Source of the DNA: the human T2T-CHM13v2.0 reference genome, Homo sapiens
Direction: 5' to 3' (one strand)
Assembly (NCBI RefSeq): GCF_009914755.1
Contig: NC_060925.1
DNA: 64,000 bases
Shown piece by piece: positions 48,849-64,000 of the stretch (within the stretch, counting starts at the first letter, position 1; each line of letters opens with the position of its first letter). A model generated the notes under the pieces. That model saw only the letters and a list, made by a program, of their open reading frames with translations. It had not been told where the DNA came from and ran no database searches. The translations under genes were made by a program, and so were the position numbers.

Positions 48849-49188
48849 TGTTTTGGACTGAATGTGTCCCCACCCCCCTCACCTCCACAAATTTCTCATG
48901 TTGAAAACTAGTTCCCAATACAACGGTTTTAGAGCGGGGCCTTTTGGAAGTGATTAGGTCATGAGGGCATAGCCCTCATGAGTGGGATTAGTGCCCTTAT
49001 AAGACGAGGCCAGACAGCTATTCCGCCATGTGAGAACACAATGAGAAGTGGGCGGTCTGCATCTGGAAGGGGGCCCTCAGCAGAACCCAATCATGCAGAC
49101 TTCCTGTCTCCAGAACTGTGAAATTACTGTTGTTGATAAGGCACACAGTTTATGGTGTTTTGTTATAGCATCTGAATGGACTGAGACA
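48849..49188 (+). mobile_element. MLT1A-type MaLR LTR
   Basis: tgttttggactgaatgtgtcccc...gccctcatgagtgggattagtgcccttataag...atggactgagaca. Confidence 0.82.
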
Positions 49189-49330
49189 CAGGGGGAGCAG
49201 GGGAGCAGAGTTGGAAAGCTTGTGGCCTTCCATCCACCTCTCACCCACCCCTGCCACCATGATTTACCTCTTATATATGAATTATATAAGACTATATTTT
49301 AAAAAGAGAAAAAAAGATTTTCACTGCTTA

Positions 49331-49621
<291 letters not shown>

Positions 49622-49858
49622 TTATAAATCTAGGCAGCACACATAGCGGTTATAATTGTTGGCTCTACTGCCAGACAGGTTTAAATCCCAGCCTTATTGC
49701 TTATTGGCTGTGACTGTGCCAAACCCTCTCACCGTTCCATGGATCAGGGCCTCTCTCACCCATGCAAGGATGTTGCTCCTGCCATCATTTCCTCTCTCTC
49801 TCCTGTAGCTTCCGTTTCTTCTTCCTAACTGAATCACCTCATCAACAGCTAAACATCT

Positions 49859-49935
<77 letters not shown>

Positions 49936-50014
49936 AAAGAAAGAAAGAAAGAAAGAAAGAAAGAAAAAAAGAAAGAAAGAGAGAGAAAGAAAGAAAGAAA
50001 GAGAGAGAGAGAAA

Positions 50015-50076
<62 letters not shown>

Positions 50077-50077
50077 A
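49859..50077. repeat. (GAAA)n/(GA)n polypurine microsatellite, ~220 bp
   Basis: Direct reading. Confidence 0.97.
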
Positions 50078-50311
50078 ATTGATTGATTCTCCTTTAATCA
50101 TATACCTACCTCCTTCTACTAACTTTCCTCTCTTCTGGCTCCAGCTCCATGTAAATTACCTCTGAGACCTTCCCTGTGTGCCCTAAAAGAGAATCTTCTG
50201 TCCCCTTTACAACAAAACTCTTCAAAAGAATTGTCCATCATTCTGTCTCCACTTCCTCATCCCCCATCACCTCTTGAATCCACTCTATAGAAACTGTTCT
50301 TGTGAAGGTTA

Positions 50312-51815
50312 CTGTAATAGGGTTTTCCAGCAAAATGAATTCATGGTGGGCCATCTTTTGATCCATGTTTCAGCCAGCCAACCAAACAAAGTGTTAGAGC
50401 CCCTTCTACCTCCCTGAGCTGTGACATTAAATATAGAATCTCTGCTTAATTGGCCATCTTAAGATGTTTGGCCTGATCCAGCTTTATATTCCTTCCCTTA
50501 TCCCACACCTTTAAGATTCATTCCCCGTATGTCATGAATTTCTGCTGGCATAAGTTAGAAACTCAAGGTCTTTGGGACTGTAGCATACTTCCTTATGCGA
50601 CCCACTTTGTAGCTCACCTTTAGGGGCTTGATAGGATTCAAGTCGAGTTATAGGTCCAGAACCAAAAAAAAAAAAACAAAAACGGGGGGGTGGTGGGAGC
50701 GAGTCCTGAGAAGCATCATGGTGTCTTGTTGGCGGCTGCCTCAGGGAAGGCCATTATTGTTTTCTCAGGTGATGCAGGATTATTCCCCTCAGACAGTGGG
50801 GAAAAGACCAATACCTCTGAGGGGGCCACTTCCATTGTGGGTAGGGAGGCCACTTTACTGGCAAAAAGGACTTATCTGATTTTTTTTTAACTTAATTTTA
50901 TTTTTTTTGAGACAGGATCTCACCCTGTCACCCAGGCTGAAATGTAGTGGTGCGATCTCAGCTCACTGCAGCCTCAGCTTCCCAAGCTCAGGTGATTCTC
51001 CCACCTCAGTCTCCTGAGTAGTGGGGACTGCAAGCCACATACCACCATGCCTGGCTAATTTTTGTATTTCTTATAGAAATGGGGTTTTGCCATGTTGCCC
51101 AGGCTGGTCTCGAACTTCTGGGCTCAAGCGATTGGCCCACCCCGGCCTCCCAAAGTGCTAAGATTACAGATGTGAGCCACCATGCCCAGCTTCATCTGAA
51201 TTTAAGAGGTGAATATCCCCAGCTTTATTAGGGTCTTCTCAGTATCCTCATCCCATTTATAGGATCTTTCCCAACCAATGCTGTCACTTTACCAGTAGAC
51301 ACCATTCAAGGCTGATAATTCACCTGTCGTTGTAACTCAACCAATCACATGATGAGGACTTGTGTTTCATTTTCAGCAATTTCAGCCCTGTGGCTACAGG
51401 ATAGAAGATTCTCCTTTAGGGCACACAGGGAAGGTCTCAGAGGTTATTCACATGGAGCTGGATCCAGAAATTTGAATCCCTGAGTACATTCTTTTCATTC
51501 ATCACTTTATCCAGCTACATTAGGAGCAACCAACCAATATCACTATATTCCTTAGTTTTCTATGAATGATTGGAAATATCATATCCAAGGTCACTAAGTT
51601 CCTTGCCTTTTATAAGTGATTAAGAGTACCCAATGCAGATTGTGTACAAACAATTCACACCATGAACTATCAATGTCTCTGTACTATTGGAAATAGATCC
51701 TTAAAATTCTTAAGTCTAGTCATATTGGAGAGCCAATTCCAGAAACCTCAAACCCAGTCGAGGAAACTCATCCTTAAAATTCTGTTCCCCTAGAACCACT
51801 CCTGATACCAAAATC
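50312..51815 (-). mobile_element. ERVL (ERVL-B4/HERV-L-like) 5' internal fragment with PBS
   Basis: Reverse strand gattttggtatcaggagtggttctag (Leu PBS, ~51793-51810) next to the MLT2B LTR; gag-like ccagctttatattccttcc. Confidence 0.8.
50881..51190 (-). mobile_element. AluJ
   Basis: Diverged Alu dimer. Confidence 0.88.
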
Positions 51816-52383
51816 TCTATTAGGCAGGGTTCTCCAGAGAAACCAATAGGATATGGAGAGAGAGAGGGAGAGAAATAGACGAAAGGGGATTTATTAGGGG
51901 AATTGGCTCATGCAATTAAGAAGGCTGAGATGTCCCATGATAGGTCATCTGCAAGCCGGAGAACAGGTGAGCTGGTATCATGGCTCAATCCATACCCAGA
52001 GGTCTCAGAACCAGGGGAGCTAATGGTGTGACTCTCAGACTGAGACTGAAGGCCTGAGAACCTGGAGGGCCACTGGTGCATGTCCCACAGTCCAAAGACC
52101 AAAGAATCTGGAGTTCCGATATGAAAGGGGAGGAGAAAAAGTGTGTCCCAGTTCCAGAAAAGAATTTGCCTTTCCTCTGTCTTTTTGTTCTATCTGGGCC
52201 TTCAGCGCATTATACAGTGTCCACCCACACTGGGTGAGAGCGGGTCTTCCTTACTTAGTTCACTGTTTCAAGTGCCAGTCTCTTCTGGAAACAACCTCAC
52301 AGACACATTGAGAAATAATGCTGTACCAGCCGTCTGGGTAGCCCTTAAGCCAGTCAAGTTGACACATAAAATTAACCCTCACA
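51816..52383 (-). mobile_element. MLT2B LTR
   Basis: tattaggcagggttctccagagaaacc...gtcaagttgacacataaaattaaccctcaca. Confidence 0.88.
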
Positions 52384-53290
52384 GATCTCCATTGGCCTCC
52401 ATGTTTCAAATCCATTGGTCAATTCCCAGCCTCACTTTATTTTACCTATCAGTAGCAATGGACATAGGTCAGCATATCATGTTTTATGAAAAAATTTTTT
52501 CACTTAGTTTCTACCACCCCATATTTTCTGCTTTGCTTCTTACATCACAGACTACTTTTTCAGTCTCTTTTCCTACCTCCTCCTCCTCTTCCTGAGTCCT
52601 AATGGTTAATAGGCTTCAGGCCTTTAGCCTCACTCCTCAGGCCTCTTCTCTTCTTGCTGTAATCATGCCAAAGTAGTCTCACCTAGTACGATAGGCCTAA
52701 ATCATCTATGTGTTTATACTTCCCATATTCATATATAGAGCTCCAAATGCTCCTCTGCTCAATAGACTTATTTATCTGCTTGCCCACTTGACATCTCTAC
52801 TTGAATATGTAAATGACCTTCTGCAACTTAATAGGTCCCAAACTAAACTCTTGGCTTCCCTCCTCCTCCAAACATGCTCCTTCCAACACTTTCCCCATCA
52901 GTAGATGGCGTGAGTACTCAAACCAAAACCCTTAAAGTCATTCTTAATGTCCTCTTCCCCCCAGCACACATCCACTACATTTAATCCATTGGTAAATATG
53001 ATTGACTCAAACTTCAAACTATATCCCAGATGTAGCTACTTCTCACCATCTCCATTGTTAGCATCTGATGCAAACTGCTATATTCCTTCCAGATATTAGT
53101 GCAACATCTGCCAAACTGGTCTCTCTTCCACATCTACCCACTCTGTGTCACATTGCTCCCCTAATTAAACCCTCTAATGGGTTCCAAATGACAAGAAAAA
53201 CATTCAAAATACTTACTGTGAACTAAAAAGTCCTCCGTGGCCAAAGCTTCAAATGCACCTCCTTCCTCTCACCTTCCCCTCTGCAGTCTT

Positions 53291-53701
53291 CTGTGAGGCC
53301 CCAGAATGCGCTCTGCTGCCACACAGCCCATTAGCTTACCCCCAAAAAAGGCTGACCCTCACTCAGTATAGCAACTCACCATCAGAATGAGCCAAACAAA
53401 GGAATAAATATATCCCCTCTGGGCCCTGACATAATGGGGAAGCTTAATCCTCAGCCTGGTAAATGCCACAGCCACAACCATGACCAGCTGAATCTTCAAG
53501 GCAGATCAAATGACTTTCAGGGATGGTTCTGAACAAGTCCCAGCTGGAGGGCCAAGCAGTTTTGTGAAAGACCGACTTTTCTATACAACAATTATGAAAA
53601 TTCTCTTCCTCGCAATAATTCTTTGCATTTGACCACTGTCCATAGCTGAGGCTTGGAGAAAGTCCCATGGTGAGGAAAAGGAATTGCTAAAGTGGCTTAG
53701 G
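53291..53701 (-). repeat. Inverted duplication, left arm
   Basis: Reverse complement of 57855-58340; core 53291-53612 ~91% identical by hand alignment. Confidence 0.95.
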
Positions 53702-55347
53702 ATTTCCGGCTTTCACAAGTTATCATCTTCAAGCTTACAGTCTGTCTCTTCCCCTGTGATCTGGGGTCTTTGTGACCTCAAGATAACTGACTTCTAGATT
53801 AGCCTCAAGACTTCCCCACTCTGACTTCTCTCACAGCCACCTAAGGTTTTACTGACATGCCTCAGCCCTGCCCCGTCCAGGCTCAGCCCCAGAGGTGTTG
53901 AGAGTTAGACATTTATCATACCTAATAACTTAAAAAAAAAAACTGGCTATTTTGAAATCATGAAGATATAGGTACCTTTAGGGGTGATATTTGCCAATTT
54001 CATGGTAAATACATTAGTGTATTTCTTGCCAGTTCACAGTACATGAGTAAAGGTGATGTCTGAGATTAAGAGGCAGTTGTTTGCTATCAGAACAAAGCAA
54101 GTTAACTACTACACAAATAAAAATAAAATGATCCTGATACTACATAACAAGTACTGAAGCTGGGAAGCCAAATTCAAGCTCAGGCTCAAATTCAGTTTCC
54201 TTACAAATCTTACTCAAATTTGTGCTCATCCACCTTTTGGGCATATACAAATTCTTACCTCTACATTGCCACGGAAAATCTTTCAGAGAAGACCTCAAGT
54301 TTGGCCAATCGATCCAGGTTAATGGCTTTGATATTGAAACCCTGGAATCCAGCTAGCAGTCATTAAATCAGAAAACAGTAACAAAGAAATAAATAAAATA
54401 GTCGAGAAACTTGTAACTATTGCAATATAAATTTAAAAAAAAACAAACGAATCTTTACTTCCATGAATCTCAAAGTGGCATTTTTGAGGATGAAATCATT
54501 GAACTTCGCAAGCCTTACCTTGACTTGAACATGAATCATTCCAACACATCTCTAAGCAGCTGTCAGTTACTCTAATTTCCACCATGCAGAGAAAGAAATT
54601 GAGGTATCTCACAGAGGTAGGGTGCCTAACTCACAGCCACACGGCAAATTGTGGGCAAAATTAGAATCAGAATCCCAGCCAACTAATCTGTGATTATGGA
54701 ATCAATCTGCCAAATGATGCAAGATGTAATTAAATAAACGCCTATGCACATGGCACTGTGCATTTAGTAGGCGCTCAATAAATTTCATGGAATGAGTGAA
54801 TGAAAACAAAATGCAAAACAAATATGTTACACTATGACCTTAACCAAGTGTGCTATACTAAGTTCCTAAAGAAAGAAGATTAGAACTGGCATACACAGGA
54901 AAAACCTAGAGGGATACTATCTATATCTAATGTCAGTTCTGCCTCCTTTCCTGAGAACAAGATCCGTTTGCCCATCAATCCAAGCAGATTCATCCTTCTT
55001 CCAGTTACTGAGCGAACTTACACAAGTGAGCTTTTTTTTATGCCATGTTAAGGGTTGGCTACTTCTCTCTCCTGAAACTTCAGGGAAGTAGGAGGAAGTC
55101 CAGAGACCACCAAGAAAAGAGCACTTTTAAATTCAGATATTGTAAACATGCTGTGTCTTTTCCTTCTTAATTGTTGCTTTGGTGTTTTGCTATGTTTCAG
55201 TGACTGCCTGAAACTGTATGGCTGTTATTACCAGTTATGCCAAAAAAAATCATAAGTTCCTTTAGAAGCTGACAGATAATATATCCTGTGTGGATCTTTC
55301 CTGGGTGGGGGGGACCTTTCTGGTGCTAAAGTGTCACATGACCATAA

Positions 55348-56920
<1,573 letters not shown>

Positions 56921-57854
56921 TGACGTAGTTGACCAAAAATAATCCCCACTGAAGAACAAATTACCTTGCATTGTGAGTAGGTTATCATCATAACCTAAAA
57001 CAAAAGAAGGTATTAAGCCCTCTGGAAAACTAAAGAAAACTCAATGGACTACGGGGAGAAAAGCATTCTGCTGGTTCTTCCCTGTCCAGAAACCTTTGAG
57101 ATCCGCTTGCTAATCACCTGTGTTCCAGTGAACATTTTCTAACAAACCTTATTAGGCTGAAGCGAGAGCTACATAATAACAACAACGACAACAAAAACTC
57201 TTAATTTAGCTGTTAGCCAGAAGATTTTGTTTTGTTGGGTGCTTTACTGGAAGATTTATGGGAGCTTTTTATATCTGGTTTTATAGTTTCATAATCAAAC
57301 TAATTGCTGTTAATTGATTTAGGATGTATTGGGGTGAACATAAAGCAAGCATCAGGAAGAATTAAATACAGTGTGGGCAGTTTGAGAATGGGAGTGAAGC
57401 TGGGAGACTTTTTGCAAAATAACAGTGGCATTTTCAATGGTTATTCAGCATTTTGTGCTTTTCTCAAATTTTGCTCAGTGAAGACTAATTTAGTGGGGAT
57501 TTACTGGCTCTTAAAGGAAAGCCATAATAATTTCAGAAATGGGTTGCCTTCCAGGACTCTCCCTGCTGACTTAGTGCATCCAGCCTGTGCTCCAGGAGAA
57601 TGGGCAGCAGAGTGAAGGTAGGGATCCCTTGGAAGGACACAGTGAGCCCAGCCACAGATGGCTGATGTCCATGGAGAGAGCAGCCTATATTTAATCAGGC
57701 ATCTCGGAGTTGAGGAGTCTATGATTCAGATTCTATTTGTGGAAATAGACTGCATCAGAGTAAAAGGATGTATGAGGCTTTGCTACCCTGGTCCTGTCCC
57801 ACCCCTGACACTCAAGGGGCTAGCTAGAATATTCAGTCCACAGCTCCACAATCC

Positions 57855-58340
57855 CCTGAGCCACTTCAGTGATTACCTTCCGTAATCATGTTCTCTCCAA
57901 GCCTCAGCTATGGACAAGTGATCAAATGCACAAAATGTTTGTGAAAAGTATATGTGATCATGTATGTGGGAATGCTTTGTGAAACCATAAAGTAGAGTAA
58001 AATGAAAGACATGACGCCGAGGAAGATAATTTTTATAACTGCTATATAGAAAAGTCAGTCTTTCACGAAACCTCTTGGCCCTCCAGCTGGGACTTGTTCA
58101 GAACCATTCCTGAAAGTCCTTTGATCTGCCTTGAAGATTGAGCTGGTCACGGTTGTGGCTGTGGCATTTACCAAGCTGAGGATTAAGCTTCCTCATTATG
58201 TCAGGGCCCAGAGGGGACATATTTATTCCTTTGTTTGGCTCATCCTGATGGTGAGTTTCCTACACTGAGTGAGGGTCAGCCTTCTTTATAGGTGAGCTAA
58301 TGGGCTCTGTGGCAGCAGAGCGCGTTCTGGGGTCTCACAG
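57855..58340 (+). repeat. Inverted duplication, right arm (inner part MIR-like)
   Basis: 58018-58340 matches 53291-53612 in reverse; 57855-57930 matches 53624-53701; ~80-bp extra segment at 57931-58017. Confidence 0.95.
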
Positions 58341-59479
58341 AGGCGCTGAAGAATCAAAGCTGTGCCTGCTCCCAGGAGGAGAAATGGTTGGGACCCTGAC
58401 CTACTGGGAAAGCTTCCAGCAAAGCTAATAGCATCAGGTCCCTGCCCTTCCCTTGCTGATTCAATCGCAGTTGCATTCTCTTGGCAGATCCAACAACTAT
58501 GCCTTGTGAAAAACAGCTGTCCAGTCCCACTCATGAGGGAGACTCTATCACTGAGAGCTACAAAGTCAGACTGCAGTGGAAGCACCTAAGAAAACATTTT
58601 AGTCTCATGTTGTCCAAATATGCATATAGATACAGTATAGAAGTTAATACGTCAGTTTTTTTCTTGGTGGGTGATGGTGAACAAGTTGCTGGTTCTTGTT
58701 TTTCTATTTGTAGATTGAGGAAACTGCCTATAAAATCCTTGAGGAGAAGCCTGCTGTAAATACAAAGCATTTTTATTATTGCATCACTGCAGACAGTGTT
58801 ATCACTTCTTTTCTTCAACACGTGTAACCTCCCACAAAGAATAAGGCTATTTGCTAGATTAGATGCCACTTTTGGTGACAGGTCAGAGAAAGAAGCTGGG
58901 TTTGATGCGGACTGACAGGTTCGTAAATTTGGTTTCTAATTTTATGTATTTATTTCTTTTAGAGAAAAGAGGGAGAGAGGGAATACTCAGAGCCATGAAA
59001 TCATTAAAACCAATTCCCTTTCTCTCCCCAGCCCTCCCTTTCTCTGAGTGTGCGTGTGAAACAATCTTTGCAGCTACAGAGCCATCCGATGGTATTGATC
59101 CAGATGTGGAAATTGGTATTGACTGCTGCTGCGGCTCTGTGCACTTCCCCGGCTTTTAAAGACACAGCATATAGGTGATTTCACTTTGCACATGACAAAG
59201 CTCTGGAGACATTTGCTGAAACAAACTAAATAATACAAATTAAAAATCGGGTTTTATATCTTACTCCCTCACTTAAACGAAATGAGAAGACAAAGAGCTT
59301 CCAAACGATGACATTAAAAAGGAAAGTGTGATGCACCTTTCCAAGAAGAAAGAACAATTTGTTTGCACGTTAATTTCATCCTGACCACTGGTAAATGTCT
59401 AAGTACAGCCTCAATGTTGTTAAAATCCTTAGAGGACCTGAAAGCTTAATGGCAAGTGTGGTCTGTGAGTCAGAGATGT

Positions 59480-60003
59480 TGTAGTAGTTCTCTATTGCTG
59501 CTCTAAAAAATTATCACAAACTTAGCGAAGTAAAACAACACAGATTTACTGTCTTATAGCTCTGTAGGCTGGAAGTCCAATATCATTCTCACTGGATGAA
59601 AATTAAGGTGTTGGCAGTCTTTGTTCTTTCTGGAGTTTTTACGGGAAAATCTGTTTTTTGCTCAGTTCAGATTGGTGACAGAATTCAGCTCTTTGTGGTT
59701 GGAGGACTGAGGTCTGAGCTTCAGGAGGCTGTGACACTCCTTGGCTTGTACCTCTTTTTCCATCTTCAACGCCAGCTTCTGGCATCTTTCTGGCCAACTC
59801 TTGTTTTCATCATTTTTAAGGACTCTTGTGACTATGCTGGATTGACCAGAATAACACAGGATAATGTCCCCCATCAAGGTTCTTCACCTTAATCGGGTTT
59901 AATAATTCCCTGTTGCCATGCAAAGTAACATATTCACAGGTCCTGGGCATTGGAATATGGGCATGCTTGGGAAAAAAGAGTTGGCATTATTCTGCCTACG
60001 GCA
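59480..60003 (-). mobile_element. MLT1D/E-like MaLR LTR
   Basis: ctattgctgctctaaaaaattatcacaaacttagc...aacatattcacagg...ggcattattctgcctac. Confidence 0.78.
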
Positions 60004-60130
60004 AATGTCATGGTTCTATGCTACTTTCAACTCTGTTTCAGGACAGGCTAGCAGAGATTTTTTTTTTCCTTAAAAACTAACACTTGATTTTTAATAATAG
60101 ACAGCAATGTTATTCATGCATTGTTTGTGA

Positions 60131-60506
<376 letters not shown>

Positions 60507-60533
60507 AATCGGCCACTTTTAATACCATGCTCT

Positions 60534-60836
<303 letters not shown>

Positions 60837-62429
60837 GTTCTTATATCAAACCTTAGCCTCCCCATCCCCAAATGCTAATCTGTTGAAAAAAATTTTTTTT
60901 GCTACATTAGTCTTAGAATACCACGGTGAACACAACATAGTCTGGTTCTCCAGAGGCTCACAGTTAGGAGAAACATGGGTCAGGTAATTACAATGCAAGA
61001 AAAACTCATCCTGCTATTGCAGATGATATAAAAGAGCCAGACCCCTCAGCAACAAGCAGTGCTGGGGTGTATAACTGCCTTCCCAGCACCTCCTTGAGAG
61101 GGAGATACTTTCAGTTCTGTTTTACAGATTGCTAAATTAAGATTACAAACTAGGTCATCTGCTGCCCAACCTCATGGTGGCAGATGGGAGCATGGTGCTA
61201 GGTGTCAAGAGCTCCAATTCTAGTCCTGTTCACACCTTGAGAATGGCTTCCCACAGGACAGCATGCATCCTGGGCAGAGATTTTTCACTTGCCCGTATTT
61301 ATTTAGACATTTCTGAAATCATCCTTTCTGTGTTCTTCAGGGGACTGTGATGCTGTAGCCTGTCTACTATAATCCCAGCCCAGGGCAAGTCTGTCTCACT
61401 GTTGCTTATGCCTGCAGACAAACTCATCATCTGTTTTTAGCCCATCACAGGGTATGGGCCCCTTGGCTGAGAGTCCACTGTCAGCCTGAATGGCTAATTG
61501 AGACCTCCCGTGTGCTGAGCTGGTGCAGATGGCCATGAATGCAACACTGTTAGACACGGAGGGAAGGCAAAGCATCATGAATATTTAATCAGATATAAGT
61601 AAATATTAATGAAACAATTGTCTCTTTAAATGGTTAAATTACTTTCCATGCTCCAGTCCATTTTTATTTCACCATGGCACACACACATACACACACAAAT
61701 TATACATTTTTCATCTATGCTAGTAATTTCCAATTTGGTCTTTTTAATGTGGAAATCCCCATTATACTAAATCTAAGTCTTCCTGAATTCATTCCTGAAG
61801 TTGAAAAAAGCATGATTCTGCCCTGAAATGTATACTTCACAACTTACTGGATTCCAATGACATGCCTGAGTCTTGTCTACTCTGATTTCATGGCACAAAG
61901 CCGTGCATGCCATCGGGAGGCAGGAAACCTTAACTCGAGCTCATGTGTGGTAATTGCTTTATTCTGCATGAACTCGCTCTAATTCCCCCCAAAACAAGAG
62001 AGAAGCTTAATCTTGCAATATTAATGACTACATTGTTTACTCCTCTGGTATTACCTGGTAAGTTGTCTGGGATGTCTTTGGATATCTCTTCCTTTAATTA
62101 TATTTCTCTGTGTTAGTTTTCAACAAGACAATCAATGAGTTTTCTACTCTTATTTTTCAATATCTTCTCCTTGAGCTAGTCTTTCTTCCCTCAACATTTT
62201 TGAAAGTTTATTCAGATTAAATTGTGTCTCCTTAGAATTCTTTTGACCATTGTTCATCTTTCTTTCACACTGTAAAATTGTCTTCCTTCTTTAATGTTCT
62301 CTTGCCTGAATCTACTCTTTCATTTTTTAATTGACTTTTTAATTCCTGAATTTCAGATTATCCTTTTTATGCCTCTTTGTTTAGTCTCTTATGTCAAACG
62401 GAACCATCTCTCTTAACATTACTGAAACA

Positions 62430-62745
62430 GGACAGGCATGGTGGCTTATGCCTGTAATCCTAGCAATTTGGGAGGCTGAGGCAGGAAAATTGCTTTAAGC
62501 CAGGAGTTTGAAACCAGCCTGGGCAACATAGTGAAACCCCACCTCTACAAAAAAAAAATTAAAAAATGAAAATTAGCTGAGAGTGGTGGTGCACACCTGT
62601 AGATCTAGCTACTTGGGAGGCTGAGGTGGGAAGATATCCTGTGTCCAGGAGTTGGAAGGCTGCAGTGAGCTATGATTACACCACCGTACTCTAGCCTGGG
62701 TGACAAAGGGAGACCTTGTCTCTAAAAGAAACAAACAACAACAAA
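62430..62745 (+). mobile_element. AluJ
   Basis: TSD aacattactgaaa. Confidence 0.9.
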
Positions 62746-63097
62746 ATGAACATTACTGAAATGTCCCAGAATCTCTTATCCTACTTCTAAACTCTAACCT
62801 TTCTCTTTCCTCTCAGTCGTTGGTTATCACAGCAGTGTCTTTTGTCACCTTTTAAATGTGTCTAAAACTAATTTCCTAATTTTCCTTTCATAATCAAGTG
62901 ACTTAATGGCCTTGCAACCTTTTTTCTATCCACTCTCTCCAGCTATTGTGCTATTGAACACACCTTGTCCTCCAGCAAGGATAGAATAATTGGATCACAG
63001 ACATGAAAGAGTTCTTTTCCTCAGGCAAATCCAATCTATTTTAAAGCCAATATTAAATAAATCTTTGAACCTTCTCTGCAAATAAAGAGCCTTCTCT

Positions 63098-63424
<327 letters not shown>

Positions 63425-63522
63425 TTATAAGTCATTCAAATTTTTTATCAATCTTACCACCAAAGTGGTATATATACTGTACATAGGGATATCTATATCT
63501 CTAAATAAAACATGCATATCCT

Positions 63523-63820
<298 letters not shown>

Positions 63821-63842
63821 GAAAATAAAACATGCATATCCC

Positions 63843-63982
63843 TATATATATTGCTACATAATATATATTAGAAATATATATACACACAAATATATATTAT
63901 ACATTTATATATTGTATACAATATATAAATATTTATATGCAAATATATATTGTAATATATATTATACATATAATATATATAA
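63843..63982. repeat. AT-rich (TA)n-like tract
   Basis: Direct reading. Confidence 0.9.
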
Positions 63983-64000
63983 TAAAGCAGTTACTCAAAT

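Larger units (their letters stand above)
50100..53280 (+). mobile_element. L2a, split by the ERVL/MLT2B insertion (50100-50311 and 52384-53280)
   Basis: gaaactgttcttgtgaaggttact | ...ctccatgtttcaaatccattggtc; cccacttgacatctctacttg; aaacttcaaactatatcccag. Confidence 0.75.

Noticed and set aside
49694-50101. Phe/Leu/Ser-rich 135-aa membrane-like ORF
   Set aside because: Translation of the (GAAA)n microsatellite.

Overview
Primate genomic DNA, almost certainly human (it contains an AluYa5 with all five diagnostic positions). The window is intronic or intergenic and dominated by transposable elements. I found no convincing host protein-coding exon, RNA gene or non-L1 CpG island; the long ORFs are L1 or ERV-L remnants, or Alu/low-complexity artefacts. 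Main content: a full-length but inactivated L1PA2/L1PA3-type element (1444-7492) inside an older L1M, a degraded ERV-L provirus with an LTR16-like LTR (8110-13154, minus), two Tigger3b transposons, an internally deleted L1PA7-type element (42439-46040), an MLT2B/ERVL fragment, several MaLR and MLT2 solo LTRs, about 30 Alus, MIR/L2 relics and microsatellites. Structure not explained by TEs: (1) a ~0.4-kb inverted duplication (53291-53701 / 57855-58340; ~91% identical over a 322-bp core by hand alignment) around a 4.15-kb spacer, with each arm keeping a splice acceptor and donor; (2) a ~165-bp local direct duplication pasted into an L2, with a 32/33-identical core; (3) a ~95-bp orphan polyadenylated insert with a TSD inside Tigger3b; (4) several enhancer-like motif clusters. 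Subfamily names come from recalled consensus sequences, not a database search. None of this establishes a new biological system; the inverted duplication is the best lead.
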